Source: an uncultured Gammaproteobacteria bacterium
GTDB taxonomy: Bacteria; Pseudomonadota; Gammaproteobacteria; UBA9214
Length of the DNA stretch: 64,000 bases
Assembly (NCBI GenBank): GCA_963827755.1
Contig: CAWHCQ010000028.1
Span: 1-64,000 of the forward strand
Direction: 5' to 3'
Positions within the stretch are counted from its first letter, which is position 1. Each line of letters begins with the position of its first letter. Shown one piece after another: positions 20,528 to 31,158 of the stretch. Below the pieces are notes generated by a model. The model was given only the letters and a program-made list of their open reading frames with translations, was not told the DNA's origin and searched no databases. A program made the translations under genes and the position numbers.

Positions 20528-22204
20528 ATGACACCGTATACCAAGACCCTGATCGGCCAGATAACCTCGGTGCAAACAGGTACCTTTACCGCCGCACTGC
20601 TCGAGGATAACGAAGGACGACTGCCCCGTATATCGACTGCAAAAGACAAAAATATTGCCGGTCAGCCCGGGTCACATGTAGCCATTATACAAAATGGCAT
20701 CAAGATACTGGCCCAGATCACCTCAATTACCGAGACAGGTAAAGAACCATCAAACCCGCTCTCGAAACAGGCATCCGGAAAAAAGAAGTCTATTACCCTG
20801 GTGCCACTCGGCGAGATAAATGAAGACGGAGCCTTCGAGCATGGCGTTAAAAATTACCCTGTCACAGGCGCCGAAGTACATACTGTCAATGATAAAGATG
20901 TAGATGCGATATTTGTAAAATTTCGCAACCAGGGTTACAGCGTTGGCACACTTTCATCGAATTCATCTCTCGATGTCTGTTTTGACCCGGATGCACTGTT
21001 CGGCAGGCACTTTGCCATACTCGGGCAGTCCGGTTCAGGTAAATCATGGTGCGTTTCAAATCTGCTCCAGCGGGCCGTCAAGGTAATGCCGAATGCACAC
21101 ATCATTATGCTTGACCTGCATGGCGAATATAGCTGGCAGAACAAGGACGGGAAACAGGAATACGCCTTTGAAAAAGGCCTGGCACGCAGCATTGATGCCC
21201 GCGACCTGGAGATCCCCTATTGGCTGATGACATTTACAGAGCTGGTTGACCTGCTGATCGACCGATCTGATGATTCAGCATCATCGCAGATTGCATTTTT
21301 GCGCAACTCTGTTCATGAACTGCGAACCAGTGCCAACAAGGACCTGGGTATAAGTCATATCTCAATTGATTCGCCCGTGTATTTTTCACTGGAGGAAATG
21401 CATTCGCATTTCGTACAGGCCAACAAGGCCACCAGCAGCTTTGGCAAGGAAAGAGGCCCTCTGGCCGGCATGTTTGATCAATTTCTGATGCGCCTTGAAA
21501 GCCGAATGAACGATGTACGCTACAACTTCCTGTTGAAACCAAAACAACGCACATCATCGGATACATTACCCGCTCTGCTGAGAGATTTTGTTGGCCTCGG
21601 TGAACCGAAATGCCAGGTAACCATCATAGACATCAGTACGGTGCCCTTTGATGTGCGCCCGATAGTGACCGCACAAATTGGTCGTCTTGCATTTGAATTC
21701 AATTACTGGAATCCGGCTTACAAGGAATTCCCGCTGCTACTGGTATGCGAAGAAGCGCATGCCTATATCCCGCGCGCGAGTAAAACGCAATTCGAGGGAG
21801 CGCGCAAATCGATGGAACGAATTTCCCGCGAAGGTCGCAAGTACGGTGTCGGACTGGGTGTTGTCAGCCAACGCCCGCATGAACTCTCCGAAACGGTGCT
21901 TGCCCAGTGCAGCACCTTTATTTGCCTGCGCCTGACCAATCCGGATGACCAGGCCTACGTTCGCGACCTGGTGCCCGAGGCAGAACAGGATTTTGTCAAT
22001 GTCCTGTCATCCCTTGGACAGGGGGAAGCCATGGCGATGGGACTGGCCGTACCGCTACCCACGCGCCTGCAATTCTTTATGCCTGACCCGCCACCAAACA
22101 GCTCCAGCGTGAATTACTTCAAACAGTGGATCGGTGGTCCGGACGATCTGGACGTGGATGATATTGTCAACCGCTGGCGCCGCCAGGACAGGCTGCGCGA
22201 ATAG
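20528..22204 (+). CDS. HerA/FtsK-superfamily ATPase (DUF87)
   Basis: N-terminal HAS-barrel-like region, Walker A GQSGSGKS, Walker B LLVCEEAH, REGRKYG and SQRP. Confidence 0.9.
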   Translation: MTPYTKTLIGQITSVQTGTFTAALLEDNEGRLPRISTAKDKNIAGQPGSHVAIIQNGIKILAQITSITETGKEPSNPLSKQASGKKKSITLVPLGEINEDGAFEHGVKNYPVTGAEVHTVNDKDVDAIFVKFRNQGYSVGTLSSNSSLDVCFDPDALFGRHFAILGQSGSGKSWCVSNLLQRAVKVMPNAHIIMLDLHGEYSWQNKDGKQEYAFEKGLARSIDARDLEIPYWLMTFTELVDLLIDRSDDSASSQIAFLRNSVHELRTSANKDLGISHISIDSPVYFSLEEMHSHFVQANKATSSFGKERGPLAGMFDQFLMRLESRMNDVRYNFLLKPKQRTSSDTLPALLRDFVGLGEPKCQVTIIDISTVPFDVRPIVTAQIGRLAFEFNYWNPAYKEFPLLLVCEEAHAYIPRASKTQFEGARKSMERISREGRKYGVGLGVVSQRPHELSETVLAQCSTFICLRLTNPDDQAYVRDLVPEAEQDFVNVLSSLGQGEAMAMGLAVPLPTRLQFFMPDPPPNSSSVNYFKQWIGGPDDLDVDDIVNRWRRQDRLRE

Positions 22205-22208
22205 CGCT

Positions 22209-23420
22209 CTATACTACTTCAGCTTGCTCTTCCTGCTCTGCTTCAATAAGTTCGTCATGCCCAAGCAGGAGTAATATCTGTTCCCTGGCAGCCATGCCGT
22301 CTTCATAACCGAGCTCCATCAATTCCTTGCAGTAAGGGGCGTCAAACATAAGGTAACTCATCAATGGCCGGCCTTCGCGCGTCAGTGCGCCAATCCCCTT
22401 CAGCAGGATATGTACCGAACGCGGAAAATTATCGACATATCGTTCGACGATCTCGCGGATATCACGGGTCGGCGATATAACAAGATACTCGATCTGGCGC
22501 AGTGCCGTGCCCTTGTACTCCACAGAATTGCCCCTGGTTGCAGTAATGGTGTGATTGATCCGCCGCATGCGTTCGATATCTGCATCCAGGCTGTCCATAA
22601 ACAGGGTGTCGAAAATATAGCCGGTAATCTGTCCGAATGTAGGATAGGGAATCCTGGCGCCATCAACTGGCGGTGCATCCTGCTCCGGATTCCTGACACC
22701 GATGATCAGCAGCCGGTTCGCCCCGAGGTGCAGTGCCGGGCTCAGCGGTGCCGTCTGCCGCATCGAGCCATCACCGAAGTATTCATTTCGCAATTTGACT
22801 GCGGGAAAGAGAACCGGGATGGCGGATGAAGCCATCAGGTGATCCAGCGTCAGTTCTGTCGGCCGCCCGACCCGGCGTGGGCGTTTCCAGGGCAGCAAGT
22901 CGTCAGTGCCCTGGTAAAACGTCACCGAGATACCGGTGGTATAGCCGGAGGCAGTAACGGAAACGGCACGCAGGTCATCGCTGTCGATGGCCTGCTGGAT
23001 GCGTGCAAAGCGTATGTGCCTTTCAAGCAAGTGCCGCAAGGGGGAATTATCCAGCAGTGAACGTGGCTGTGACTTCCTCAGCCAGCCCAGCATGAAGGAC
23101 AGGGACCAGCGAAAACCACTTCTCAGTGCCGTCCAGCCATCCGTCTTGAATACCTTGCCAACATGAAAGTTGGCATAAATACCGTAGAGGCGGTCGACAC
23201 CCTCCCTGAAACGATTCGCACTGCTGGCCAGCAATACTGCATTCAGGGCGCCTGATGAGGAACCGCATATAACCGGGAAGGGGTTCTTTGCATCTTCCGG
23301 CAACATATCGCCAATGGCCTTGAGCACACCGGCCTGGTAGGCATTGCGCGCGCCACCACCGGGCAACACCAGGCCGACAACCGGTTGATCCTTTTTCTTT
23401 TTGAATGAAAGCCAGTACAT
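22209..23420 (-). CDS. Patatin-like phospholipase
   Basis: GGGARNAYQAG, GSSSG nucleophile elbow, MASSAIP and DGS. Confidence 0.9.
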   Translation of the reverse strand: MYWLSFKKKKDQPVVGLVLPGGGARNAYQAGVLKAIGDMLPEDAKNPFPVICGSSSGALNAVLLASSANRFREGVDRLYGIYANFHVGKVFKTDGWTALRSGFRWSLSFMLGWLRKSQPRSLLDNSPLRHLLERHIRFARIQQAIDSDDLRAVSVTASGYTTGISVTFYQGTDDLLPWKRPRRVGRPTELTLDHLMASSAIPVLFPAVKLRNEYFGDGSMRQTAPLSPALHLGANRLLIIGVRNPEQDAPPVDGARIPYPTFGQITGYIFDTLFMDSLDADIERMRRINHTITATRGNSVEYKGTALRQIEYLVISPTRDIREIVERYVDNFPRSVHILLKGIGALTREGRPLMSYLMFDAPYCKELMELGYEDGMAAREQILLLLGHDELIEAEQEEQAEVV

Positions 23421-23835
23421 ATCTCGGGATATAGAATCAGTTCTCCACACTATATCGGCTGGCACGGACTAATGTATAGCAGACTGGATAAATTATAAAT
23501 AATACAGAGCAATAGTAGTATTTTCGACGAAGGCACGGGACTGTCGTGATCCGACGACCCGGCCGTGAAAACGCTTCAACCGGCGGACTTGAGGGTCATG
23601 CAATAAAGGGGGCGGATCCGGCAGGCTGCGTCAACCCCGGAGCGGGTCAGCGACTTTGCCATAACAGGGGGCAATGCATCATGCCTGCACGGGTAACGCA
23701 ATTGATGAGATGCCGGGCCGCAAGCTTGCGCCATGCCCGAAGAAGTGCGCATTGGCGGTCGCAATACACGCTGGTGCGCCGAAACCCTGGTGCGGGTGGC
23801 TGCTGCGGCAAGCACGCTGCAGCCTGCCTTTGACA

Positions 23836-23864
23836 AGGCACCGGGACCCGGGGTCCCGGTGCCT
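23836..23864. terminator. 13-bp GC hairpin downstream of the coiled-coil gene
   Basis: aggcaccgggacc-cgg-ggtcccggtgcct. Confidence 0.5.
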
Positions 23865-23904
23865 GCCTGTCACATTGAAGGACCGTGCCCTTTCGGCCGG
23901 CTGG

Positions 23905-24573
23905 TTATTTTGCCATGGCTCCCTGATCCGCATCCATGTACGGCGGAACGGGTGGCTGGCGCCGCATCATCCCTGGCGGGCGCGGCGGAACCGGGGGCCG
24001 TCGATCTGATTCGGACCGGCCGAATATATCGCTGGCATGCTCTTCCATGTAGGCACGGCGTTCCTGCGGCGTCATGTCGAGCATGGCATCACGATGCGCT
24101 GCCATACGCCTGTGCCGTTCCTCGGCCTGCTTGCGTAATTCCTCGTGGCGGTTGGCAATATCGAGTTGCTCGTCAAGCATCTTGTTTAGCCTGTCCTCGC
24201 TGTTTCTGGTCAGGAAGTTATACCGATCCTGTGCGCTATTGCGCATCGCTTCATGTCTCCTGGCGATCGCCTCCTGCCGCTTTTCAAGACTCGTCAGGCG
24301 TGCATCCATCTGCTTGTTGAAATATTTTTGCATGGCCTCGCGACGTTTGCGGGACTCTTCATCCCGCTGTACCCGCTGCAGACGTCGCTGCATTTCACGT
24401 TGATCAAAGCGCTCGCGGTATGTACGTATTCTTTCTTCAATGGGGCTGCGCGCCTGTTCCGCAGGACCGGGCGATGCATCCTGCCCGGCACCGGCCTCGA
24501 CAGTTTCCGCATGCACTGGTGACAGCATCATCAATGAAGCGACGAACGCAAAAACATAAAGCCCAGGTAACAT
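23905..24573 (-). CDS. Exported coiled-coil protein, R/E/Q/M-rich
   Basis: GGAGG RBS, signal peptide ending VHA, long charged helical region, Pro-rich tail. Confidence 0.75.
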   Translation of the reverse strand: MLPGLYVFAFVASLMMLSPVHAETVEAGAGQDASPGPAEQARSPIEERIRTYRERFDQREMQRRLQRVQRDEESRKRREAMQKYFNKQMDARLTSLEKRQEAIARRHEAMRNSAQDRYNFLTRNSEDRLNKMLDEQLDIANRHEELRKQAEERHRRMAAHRDAMLDMTPQERRAYMEEHASDIFGRSESDRRPPVPPRPPGMMRRQPPVPPYMDADQGAMAK

Positions 24574-24793
24574 GATTGACCTCCTTTTTTTAGAATGTTT
24601 CCCAAATCCCCTGCAACAGGCTTGAGTATAGCTCACTTTAACTCACTGGCAGTGGCACTGTTGAGCAGCACGCCGGCAAATAGCCGGCGATATCCGACTG
24701 AATGGTTACGTTCGGACAAGGCAGATATTACATAAGATTGTTACCGGCTGAAAAGCAGGGGCCGGTGCCCCTGTATGTATCAGGTTGCCATAA

Positions 24794-25336
24794 TTACCAT
24801 GGTGTAAAATTATTCATGAAATTCAGCGGACGCATACTGTTGCTCATATTACCCATGTCATAACGCATCTGGTCACCGGTGACTGTCATTCTTTGCATGT
24901 TCTGGTTCATTCCGGACATGGACATATTCATGCCGCGCATACTCACCAGCATGGGATCCAGCGCTTCAAGAAAATCCATTTTTTCGGAAACATCTACAAG
25001 CGTATCGGACATTTTATAGATCCGGCGTGTCATGGTCCTGACATTCTCGGAGAGAATAATCACGCTATCCGACAAGTTGGACATATTTTTCCCCATGTTT
25101 GGATCCATTCCAAGAGCCAGCGTATGGATATCCTTGCTCAGGGTGTAGATGAGGAAAAAGCCATACGCGGCGAGAACCACAAATGCCAGCATGGCGGGAT
25201 AAATGATCAACTCCCAGCGGCGCGCACTGGCTTCGAAAGCGCGCGCAAAGCGATCCATTGCATCGCCTTTTATAACGATGTCTTCGTGTTTCGCGGCCGG
25301 TTCCTGCTGGTCGATCTTGATTGTTTTCTCGCTCAT
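24794..25336 (-). CDS. Single-TM protein with Met-rich C-terminus
   Basis: RRWELIIYPAMLAFVVLAAYGFFLIY TM segment; heptad-like Met/Asn/Ser tail. Confidence 0.75.
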   Translation of the reverse strand: MSEKTIKIDQQEPAAKHEDIVIKGDAMDRFARAFEASARRWELIIYPAMLAFVVLAAYGFFLIYTLSKDIHTLALGMDPNMGKNMSNLSDSVIILSENVRTMTRRIYKMSDTLVDVSEKMDFLEALDPMLVSMRGMNMSMSGMNQNMQRMTVTGDQMRYDMGNMSNSMRPLNFMNNFTPW

Positions 25337-25604
25337 GCTCCTGGACCTTTCCTGCAACCAGGCGATTAACCGGCGTCCGGTCTCATGCCTGTTTTGTATT
25401 TTCTGTCAAAACATTAGGCCTTACCAGTCGTGCAGCCGTCAAATACTGGCACGGTTACGGCAGTATTTCCCACACAGAACCTGTGAAAACCACGCCCGAT
25501 TTTCCTGCCGATACTCATGCAACGGCCTGATCTATATAAAACTTTAATGTCTGCTGGACTTTACTTCCAGAGGAGGGGTGCGGCAGAGCCGCGGACTTGC
25601 CGGC

Positions 25605-27392
25605 TCAGTACCCGAGAAGCCGTGCGGTTTGGAAAAAACTGAAACTTACGGCCCAGGCAAGGCCCAGTGACCAGCCGAGGCTGACAGCCGTGAACCTCCA
25701 GCTGCGGGATTCATTGAACTGGGTCGCCAGTGTTGACAGGCAGGGAACATAGAGCAAGACAAACAACATAAAACTGAAGGCCTGGATGGTATCCATTTGG
25801 GTCGCCAGGTAGCCGTTCAAAGCACCCCCTTCAAGACCGGTCATGGCAACCAGCGCCCCGATGACAATCTCCTTGGCCACAAAACCGAACAACAGGATCA
25901 CGGACATATCCGGGCTGATCCCGATCGGCTCCAGTACCGGCGTCATCCATTGCCCGAGGATGCTGGCATAGGTACCGCTGCCACCGGGAGTGCTGCCGGC
26001 CGGAAAATGGGTCAGCAGCCAGACCAGCACCACGCCGGTAATGATGAAGGTACTGGCACGGCGCAGGAACTGGTAGATTTCATGCCAGCCGCGTAACAGT
26101 ACCTGTTTCAGTGCCGGCTGCCGGTAGGGCGGCAGCTCCAGCACAAAAGGTTCGTCACTCTTCAGTCGCCGGCTGAAAACAGCCGCCGTCAGGAAGGCGG
26201 CGAGGAAACTGGCGAGATAAAGAAAGAACAACACCAGCGGTGCCTGCCGTGGCGAGAACAGGGCCGTGGTAATAAAAATAAACACCTGCAGGCGGGCCGA
26301 GCACAGTGAAAACGGAATCACCAGCATGCTCAACAGGCGCAACGGCCGGCTGCGCATGACACGCGTTCCCATCAATGCCGGTACATTACAGCCGAAGCCC
26401 ATCAGCAGCATTACAAAACCGCGGCCATCCAGCCCCATCCTTGCCATCAGTGAATCGGTGAGAAACGCTGCGCGTGCCAGGTAACCACTGTCCTCGACGA
26501 TTGCCATGAAGAAGAAGAACAGGATGATAACCGGTACGAAAGAGGCCACCGTTCCTATCCCGTCGTACAGCCCTTCAATCAAAAACCCGTACAGGGCTGC
26601 CGGCAACACCACGGCAAGCGGCTCCAGTGCCCAGCCCCGAAAACTGTCAAGGATAAAGGCAACGCCATCCTGGAGCGGTGCACCAAATGTATAGACCGCC
26701 TGGAAGACAAGGAACATGGCCAGAAAAAACAGCGGCAGCCCGAAGACCGGATGCAAGAGGACGTGGTCGATACGCTCGGTCATCTTGCGTACCAGCTTGC
26801 CCGGTGCCCTGACGTGCCTGGTCACCAGTGTCTCGGCATGTGCAACCAGCTCATCGTCCATACGCAGGCTGGAGCGCAACCGGTCAAGCTCCGCAGGTTC
26901 GGAATTTTGCAGGGCCGTCGTCAGCACATCACGCGCCTCATTGAAACCGGTGCCGATGCGCGAGCTCAGCAGCATTACCGGGCACTTGAGGTCCCGCGAC
27001 AATGCCTGCGCGTCAATGCGCACACCCAACTGGTCTGCTTCGTCAATCATGTTGACCAGGATGACCGTATTCAATCCCAACCGGCAAAACTGCAGTGCCA
27101 TGGGTAACTGGTGATCCAGTTGTGTTGCATTCAGGATGATGCCAAACAGGTCAACGGGGTTGTTCTCGAGAAAACTGCGGACAACCTGTTCATCGTCCGA
27201 AAAACCGTGCAGGTCATAGATGCCGGGCAGGTCAACAACCTCGACTGCATCGCCACCGAGGACAATACGTGCGCTGAGGAGATCGACGGTAACGCCGGGC
27301 CAGTTGCCGACGCGTGAGGAGGAACCGGTCAGCCGGTTAAAAAATGTCGATTTGCCCGTGTTGGGCATACCGACAATGGCAAGACGCTTCAC
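25605..27392 (-). CDS. feoB: Ferrous iron transporter B
   Basis: GMPNTGKST, GNWPGVTV, DLPG, NMID, GFGCNVP and LYVPC motifs. Confidence 0.95.
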   Translation of the reverse strand: MKRLAIVGMPNTGKSTFFNRLTGSSSRVGNWPGVTVDLLSARIVLGGDAVEVVDLPGIYDLHGFSDDEQVVRSFLENNPVDLFGIILNATQLDHQLPMALQFCRLGLNTVILVNMIDEADQLGVRIDAQALSRDLKCPVMLLSSRIGTGFNEARDVLTTALQNSEPAELDRLRSSLRMDDELVAHAETLVTRHVRAPGKLVRKMTERIDHVLLHPVFGLPLFFLAMFLVFQAVYTFGAPLQDGVAFILDSFRGWALEPLAVVLPAALYGFLIEGLYDGIGTVASFVPVIILFFFFMAIVEDSGYLARAAFLTDSLMARMGLDGRGFVMLLMGFGCNVPALMGTRVMRSRPLRLLSMLVIPFSLCSARLQVFIFITTALFSPRQAPLVLFFLYLASFLAAFLTAAVFSRRLKSDEPFVLELPPYRQPALKQVLLRGWHEIYQFLRRASTFIITGVVLVWLLTHFPAGSTPGGSGTYASILGQWMTPVLEPIGISPDMSVILLFGFVAKEIVIGALVAMTGLEGGALNGYLATQMDTIQAFSFMLFVLLYVPCLSTLATQFNESRSWRFTAVSLGWSLGLAWAVSFSFFQTARLLGY

Positions 27393-27394
27393 CG

Positions 27395-27643
27395 TTATAC
27401 GGAGATGGAGACACGTGCCGCATCACTACGGCGCATAATGAGATTGATGCTGCCGATGCGGATCTGCATCGGACCGAGCCGTGGACAACGAATCACCTCG
27501 GCCTCGCGTCCGGTACGCAGCCCCATGGCCTGCAAACGGTGCCGGACACCGTCGGTTCCGTGCACACCGAGAATAATGGCCCTCTCACCCCGGCCAAGAC
27601 TGGATAGATTTATTATATTAGTCAAAGGTTTGTGGTCACTCAT
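27395..27643 (-). CDS. feoA: FeoA
   Basis: RLQAMGLRTG...PRLGPMQIRIG; directly upstream of feoB. Confidence 0.88.
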   Translation of the reverse strand: MSDHKPLTNIINLSSLGRGERAIILGVHGTDGVRHRLQAMGLRTGREAEVIRCPRLGPMQIRIGSINLIMRRSDAARVSISV

Positions 27644-27663
27644 CGAAGCACAGATCCAACTGT

Positions 27664-27684
27664 TAATGATAATTGTTCTCATTA
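27664..27684. promoter_or_regulatory. Fur box
   Basis: TAATGATAATTGTTCTCATTA; 2 mismatches to AATGATAATnATTATCATT; about 20 nt upstream of feoA. Confidence 0.8.
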
Positions 27685-27815
27685 TTACTTAAACTACGTG
27701 CAAGGTCAATACACAGCATGGAATACCGGCCCTGATCGACGAACCGGCGGAACCGGTGATGCCTGCCTGTTCGCGCCGTCGATTGTGCGGGCAGGCGGCA
27801 ACCCGGTCGAGTGCC

Positions 27816-28589
27816 TCAGGGCTGCGGCCTTGTAAAGGTCCACTGCTTGTCATTCGAGAGTTCCCTGGAGTAGCGGTAACCGCCCGCTTTGAATTTCTTC
27901 ATGGCGGCAGGGCTCTCCAGCCGGTTGCGGATAATATAATCCGCCATCATGCCCCGCGCGCGCTTGGCGAAAATGGCAACAACACGCGTCTTTCCCTGCC
28001 TGGTTTCCTTGAAGTTGATATTCAACAGGCGGCCTTCAAGCAATTTCGGCTTGACCGACCTGAAGTACTCATTGGAGGCGAGGTTGACCAGCACAGGCTG
28101 CTGTTGCTTTTTCAGCGCCTTGTTCAGGCTGCGGGTAATACTGTCGCCCCAGAATTGATAGAGGTTCTCACCACGTGGATTCTCGAGCCGGGTTTTCATT
28201 TCAAGACGGTACGCCTGAATCAGGTCCAGCGGACGCAGACAGCCATAAAGGCCCGACAGGATTCGCAGGTGATCCTGCGCATAGTCAAAATCATCGGCTG
28301 TAAAAGTATCGATATCAATACCGCTGTATACGTCCCCCTTGAATGCAAAAATGGCCTGCCTGGCATTTTCAGGGGTAAACGGTGTCTTGAATGCCTTGTA
28401 GCGCTCAACATTTAACTTCGCGATATCGTTACTGATATCCATCAATCGCTGGAGATCGGCTGTGCTGATTTTTTTAAGCGCTTTAATCAACAGTGCGGAG
28501 TCTTCCAGACAGGCCGGTTTACTGTACTTTTTTACCGGACCGGGCGTTTCAAAATCCTGACCCTTGGACGGGGAGAGTGTGATAATCAT
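27816..28589 (-). CDS. yaaA: Peroxide stress protein YaaA
   Basis: MIITLSPSK, ILSGLYGCLRPLD...YRLEM, NLASNEY and AKRARG motifs. Confidence 0.93.
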   Translation of the reverse strand: MIITLSPSKGQDFETPGPVKKYSKPACLEDSALLIKALKKISTADLQRLMDISNDIAKLNVERYKAFKTPFTPENARQAIFAFKGDVYSGIDIDTFTADDFDYAQDHLRILSGLYGCLRPLDLIQAYRLEMKTRLENPRGENLYQFWGDSITRSLNKALKKQQQPVLVNLASNEYFRSVKPKLLEGRLLNINFKETRQGKTRVVAIFAKRARGMMADYIIRNRLESPAAMKKFKAGGYRYSRELSNDKQWTFTRPQP

Positions 28590-28764
28590 CGTTACTGTTG
28601 CAGTATAGTAAAAAGGAAGATTATAGCCGGGGAACCGGAGATAAGCAGTATTAAATCCTGCTGTAACCACGGGTCCGGTAGTCATGGTGAGATGTTACTT
28701 CTCCAGGACCCGCCATGATTACATGCTGACAGAGCAACAAAATCTGAATCAATCTGATTTTTAT

Positions 28765-29394
28765 ATGAAAATTAAACCCGGCTTCAGAGGCGCAGTAATA
28801 ATTTCCCTGGCATTCATCCTGCTTTTGTGGGCGATTGAACTATTGGACCGGACACTGAACCTTAACCTGTATCACCTCGGGGTATATCCGCGTGAGCCTG
28901 GCGGGCTGTTCGGCATTCTGTTTGCGCCACTGATACACAGTTCCTGGCACCACCTGCTGTCCAACAGTTTCGCCTTGCTGATTCTGGGTACGACGCTGGT
29001 CTACGGCTACCCGCGATCTACCATGCCGGTTTTTCTGATCATCTATCTCTGCTCCGGGATATGTGTCTGGTTATTCGCACGTCAGAACTATCACATCGGT
29101 GCCAGCGGCCTGGCACATGGAATGATGTTTTTTATATTTACTATTGGCATACTGCGCAGAGACCGCCTGGCCATAGCCCTGGCAATGATCGTCTTCTTTG
29201 TCTATGGCGGGATGATATGGTCGATCTTTCCACAGGATCCCGGCATTTCCTATGAAGGCCATTTCTTCGGTGCCGTTATCGGCATACTTGCCGCCTTCCT
29301 GTTCAAAGACCATGACCCGGTTCCGCCGGGGAAAGAGTATCAATGGGAAAACAGGAATGCGCCGGCAGATGAGCATTCAGGGGATGGTGAATAA
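28765..29394 (+). CDS. Rhomboid-family intramembrane serine protease
   Basis: HLLSN, HIGASG catalytic Ser and SYEGHFFG catalytic His; start uncertain. Confidence 0.88.
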   Translation: MKIKPGFRGAVIISLAFILLLWAIELLDRTLNLNLYHLGVYPREPGGLFGILFAPLIHSSWHHLLSNSFALLILGTTLVYGYPRSTMPVFLIIYLCSGICVWLFARQNYHIGASGLAHGMMFFIFTIGILRRDRLAIALAMIVFFVYGGMIWSIFPQDPGISYEGHFFGAVIGILAAFLFKDHDPVPPGKEYQWENRNAPADEHSGDGE

Positions 29395-29536
29395 TCCTGA
29401 CAAATAATCGAACAGGGAACACCCTGGAAATTCCAAACCGTTATTTATATAACGTTCCATACGTTATAAACTCGCTGCCCGGTTGCAAACATCAGCGCTT
29501 GCGCTCTGCATTTTAATTCCCTGGAAGGAAATCAAG

Positions 29537-31114
29537 TTGTATACATCTGCACAGAAACGACTCTCCGCTCTTGTTAACTCCGGCCAGCAATCCCTTTTGC
29601 ATGGCGGCTTGACAGGCCTTGAAAAAGAAAGCCTGCGAGTTGGCCCCGATGGCAGTATTGCCCAGACACCACATCCCGCGGTGCTGGGCTCCGCCCTTAC
29701 CCATCCCTGGATCACAACGGATTATTCAGAGGCCCTGCTGGAATTTATCACGCCACCGCTGGGCAGCCCTGAACAGGCCGTGGCATTCCTGCACGATGTT
29801 CAGCACTTTGTCTACAAGAAACTCTGGAATGAACTGCTCTGGTCTTCCAGCATGCCCTGTGTGGTTGCAGGCGAGGAGAGTATTCCGATTGCTCAATACG
29901 GCACGTCAAATGCCGGGGTGATGAAAACCGTCTACCGGCGCGGCCTCGGTTATCGTTACGGCCGGGTCATGCAGGTGATTGCCGGGGCACATTACAATTA
30001 CTCCTTTGCGGATAATTTCTGGCCGCTATACCGGCAACTTGAGCAAGACAACCGCCCGCTCGAGGATTTCATTTCCGATCGATATTTCCACCTGATCCGC
30101 AACATCCAGCGTATCGGCTGGCTGGTACCTTTTTTGTTCGGTTCCTCACCGGCGGTATGCAAGTCATTCATGTGCGGCAAGCCAACCATCCTGGAAGATT
30201 TTAACGAGAACAGTTATTACGGAAAATACGCCACCTCACTGCGCATGTGCGATATCGGTTATCAGAACAACGTTGAAAACGAGGTTGGGTTCAAGGCCAG
30301 CTATGACAGCCTCGGCGCCTATGTCGAAAGCCTGACCAGGGCCATTGAAACACCCTGCCCCCGTTACGAAAAAATAGGCGTCAAGGTGGACGGCGAGTAT
30401 CGCCAGTTAAACGCCAACATGTTGCAGATCGAAAATGAATATTACAGCTCGGTCAGGCCAAAGCAGGTCCCCGTGGCAAACGAGAAACCGTCACTGTCAC
30501 TGCTGCGCCGCGGGGTACGCTACGTCGAACTGCGCTCGCTGGATATCAATATCCTGGAACCGCAGGGAATCAGCGAGACCCAGTGTCGTTTCCTCGAAAC
30601 AATGATGGCCTTTTGCCTGATGCAGGACAGCCCGGTCATCAGCGAGCAGGAGGGCAAGGAGATTGACCATAACCTGGATGCCGTCTGCTACCGGGGACGG
30701 GAGCCCGGCCTCGCACTGCAGCGCAACGGTGAAATAATCACCCTGAGCAACTGGGCCGGTGAACTTTGCGAGGCAATGGCCGGCTTCGCCGATGCCCTGG
30801 ATGAAGACCTGGCAGGCAAGCCCTACCGCCTGGCGCTGCAGGAGCAGGTCGCTGCCGTCAGGGACCCGGACAAAACACCCTCAGCGCGAATCCTTGAAGA
30901 GATGCGTACACATGGCGAAGGTTATTACCACTTTGCACAACGCCTGTCCCGGCAGCATCAGAAGCATTACCTCGAATTGCCGGATAACAGCGAAACATTC
31001 AGCCTTTTTGATGAAACCGTGAAAAAATCACTGGCCGACCAGCGCAGGATGGAAGAGGCCGATGAAATCTCTTTCGACCGGTTTCTGAAAGATTATTTCG
31101 CGCAGCAGCCATAA
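29537..31114 (+). CDS. gshA: Glutamate--cysteine ligase
   Basis: GLEKESLRV, ITTDYSEALLEFIT, YATSLR and LQIENEYY motifs; TTG start assumed. Confidence 0.95.
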   Translation: MYTSAQKRLSALVNSGQQSLLHGGLTGLEKESLRVGPDGSIAQTPHPAVLGSALTHPWITTDYSEALLEFITPPLGSPEQAVAFLHDVQHFVYKKLWNELLWSSSMPCVVAGEESIPIAQYGTSNAGVMKTVYRRGLGYRYGRVMQVIAGAHYNYSFADNFWPLYRQLEQDNRPLEDFISDRYFHLIRNIQRIGWLVPFLFGSSPAVCKSFMCGKPTILEDFNENSYYGKYATSLRMCDIGYQNNVENEVGFKASYDSLGAYVESLTRAIETPCPRYEKIGVKVDGEYRQLNANMLQIENEYYSSVRPKQVPVANEKPSLSLLRRGVRYVELRSLDINILEPQGISETQCRFLETMMAFCLMQDSPVISEQEGKEIDHNLDAVCYRGREPGLALQRNGEIITLSNWAGELCEAMAGFADALDEDLAGKPYRLALQEQVAAVRDPDKTPSARILEEMRTHGEGYYHFAQRLSRQHQKHYLELPDNSETFSLFDETVKKSLADQRRMEEADEISFDRFLKDYFAQQP

Positions 31115-31158
31115 TCATTGCAGATACCCTTCCTGTTCAGCAAGTCGCCCGGACTTTC

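Noticed and set aside
20528-23420. HerA + patatin as a defence operon (CBASS-like)
   Set aside because: The genes are convergent, there is no cyclase, and the patatin looks like a common housekeeping type.
23470-23835. Short ORFs or an ncRNA in the gap before patatin
   Set aside because: Overlapping ORFs in several frames lack motifs or an RBS, and I recognised no RNA family.
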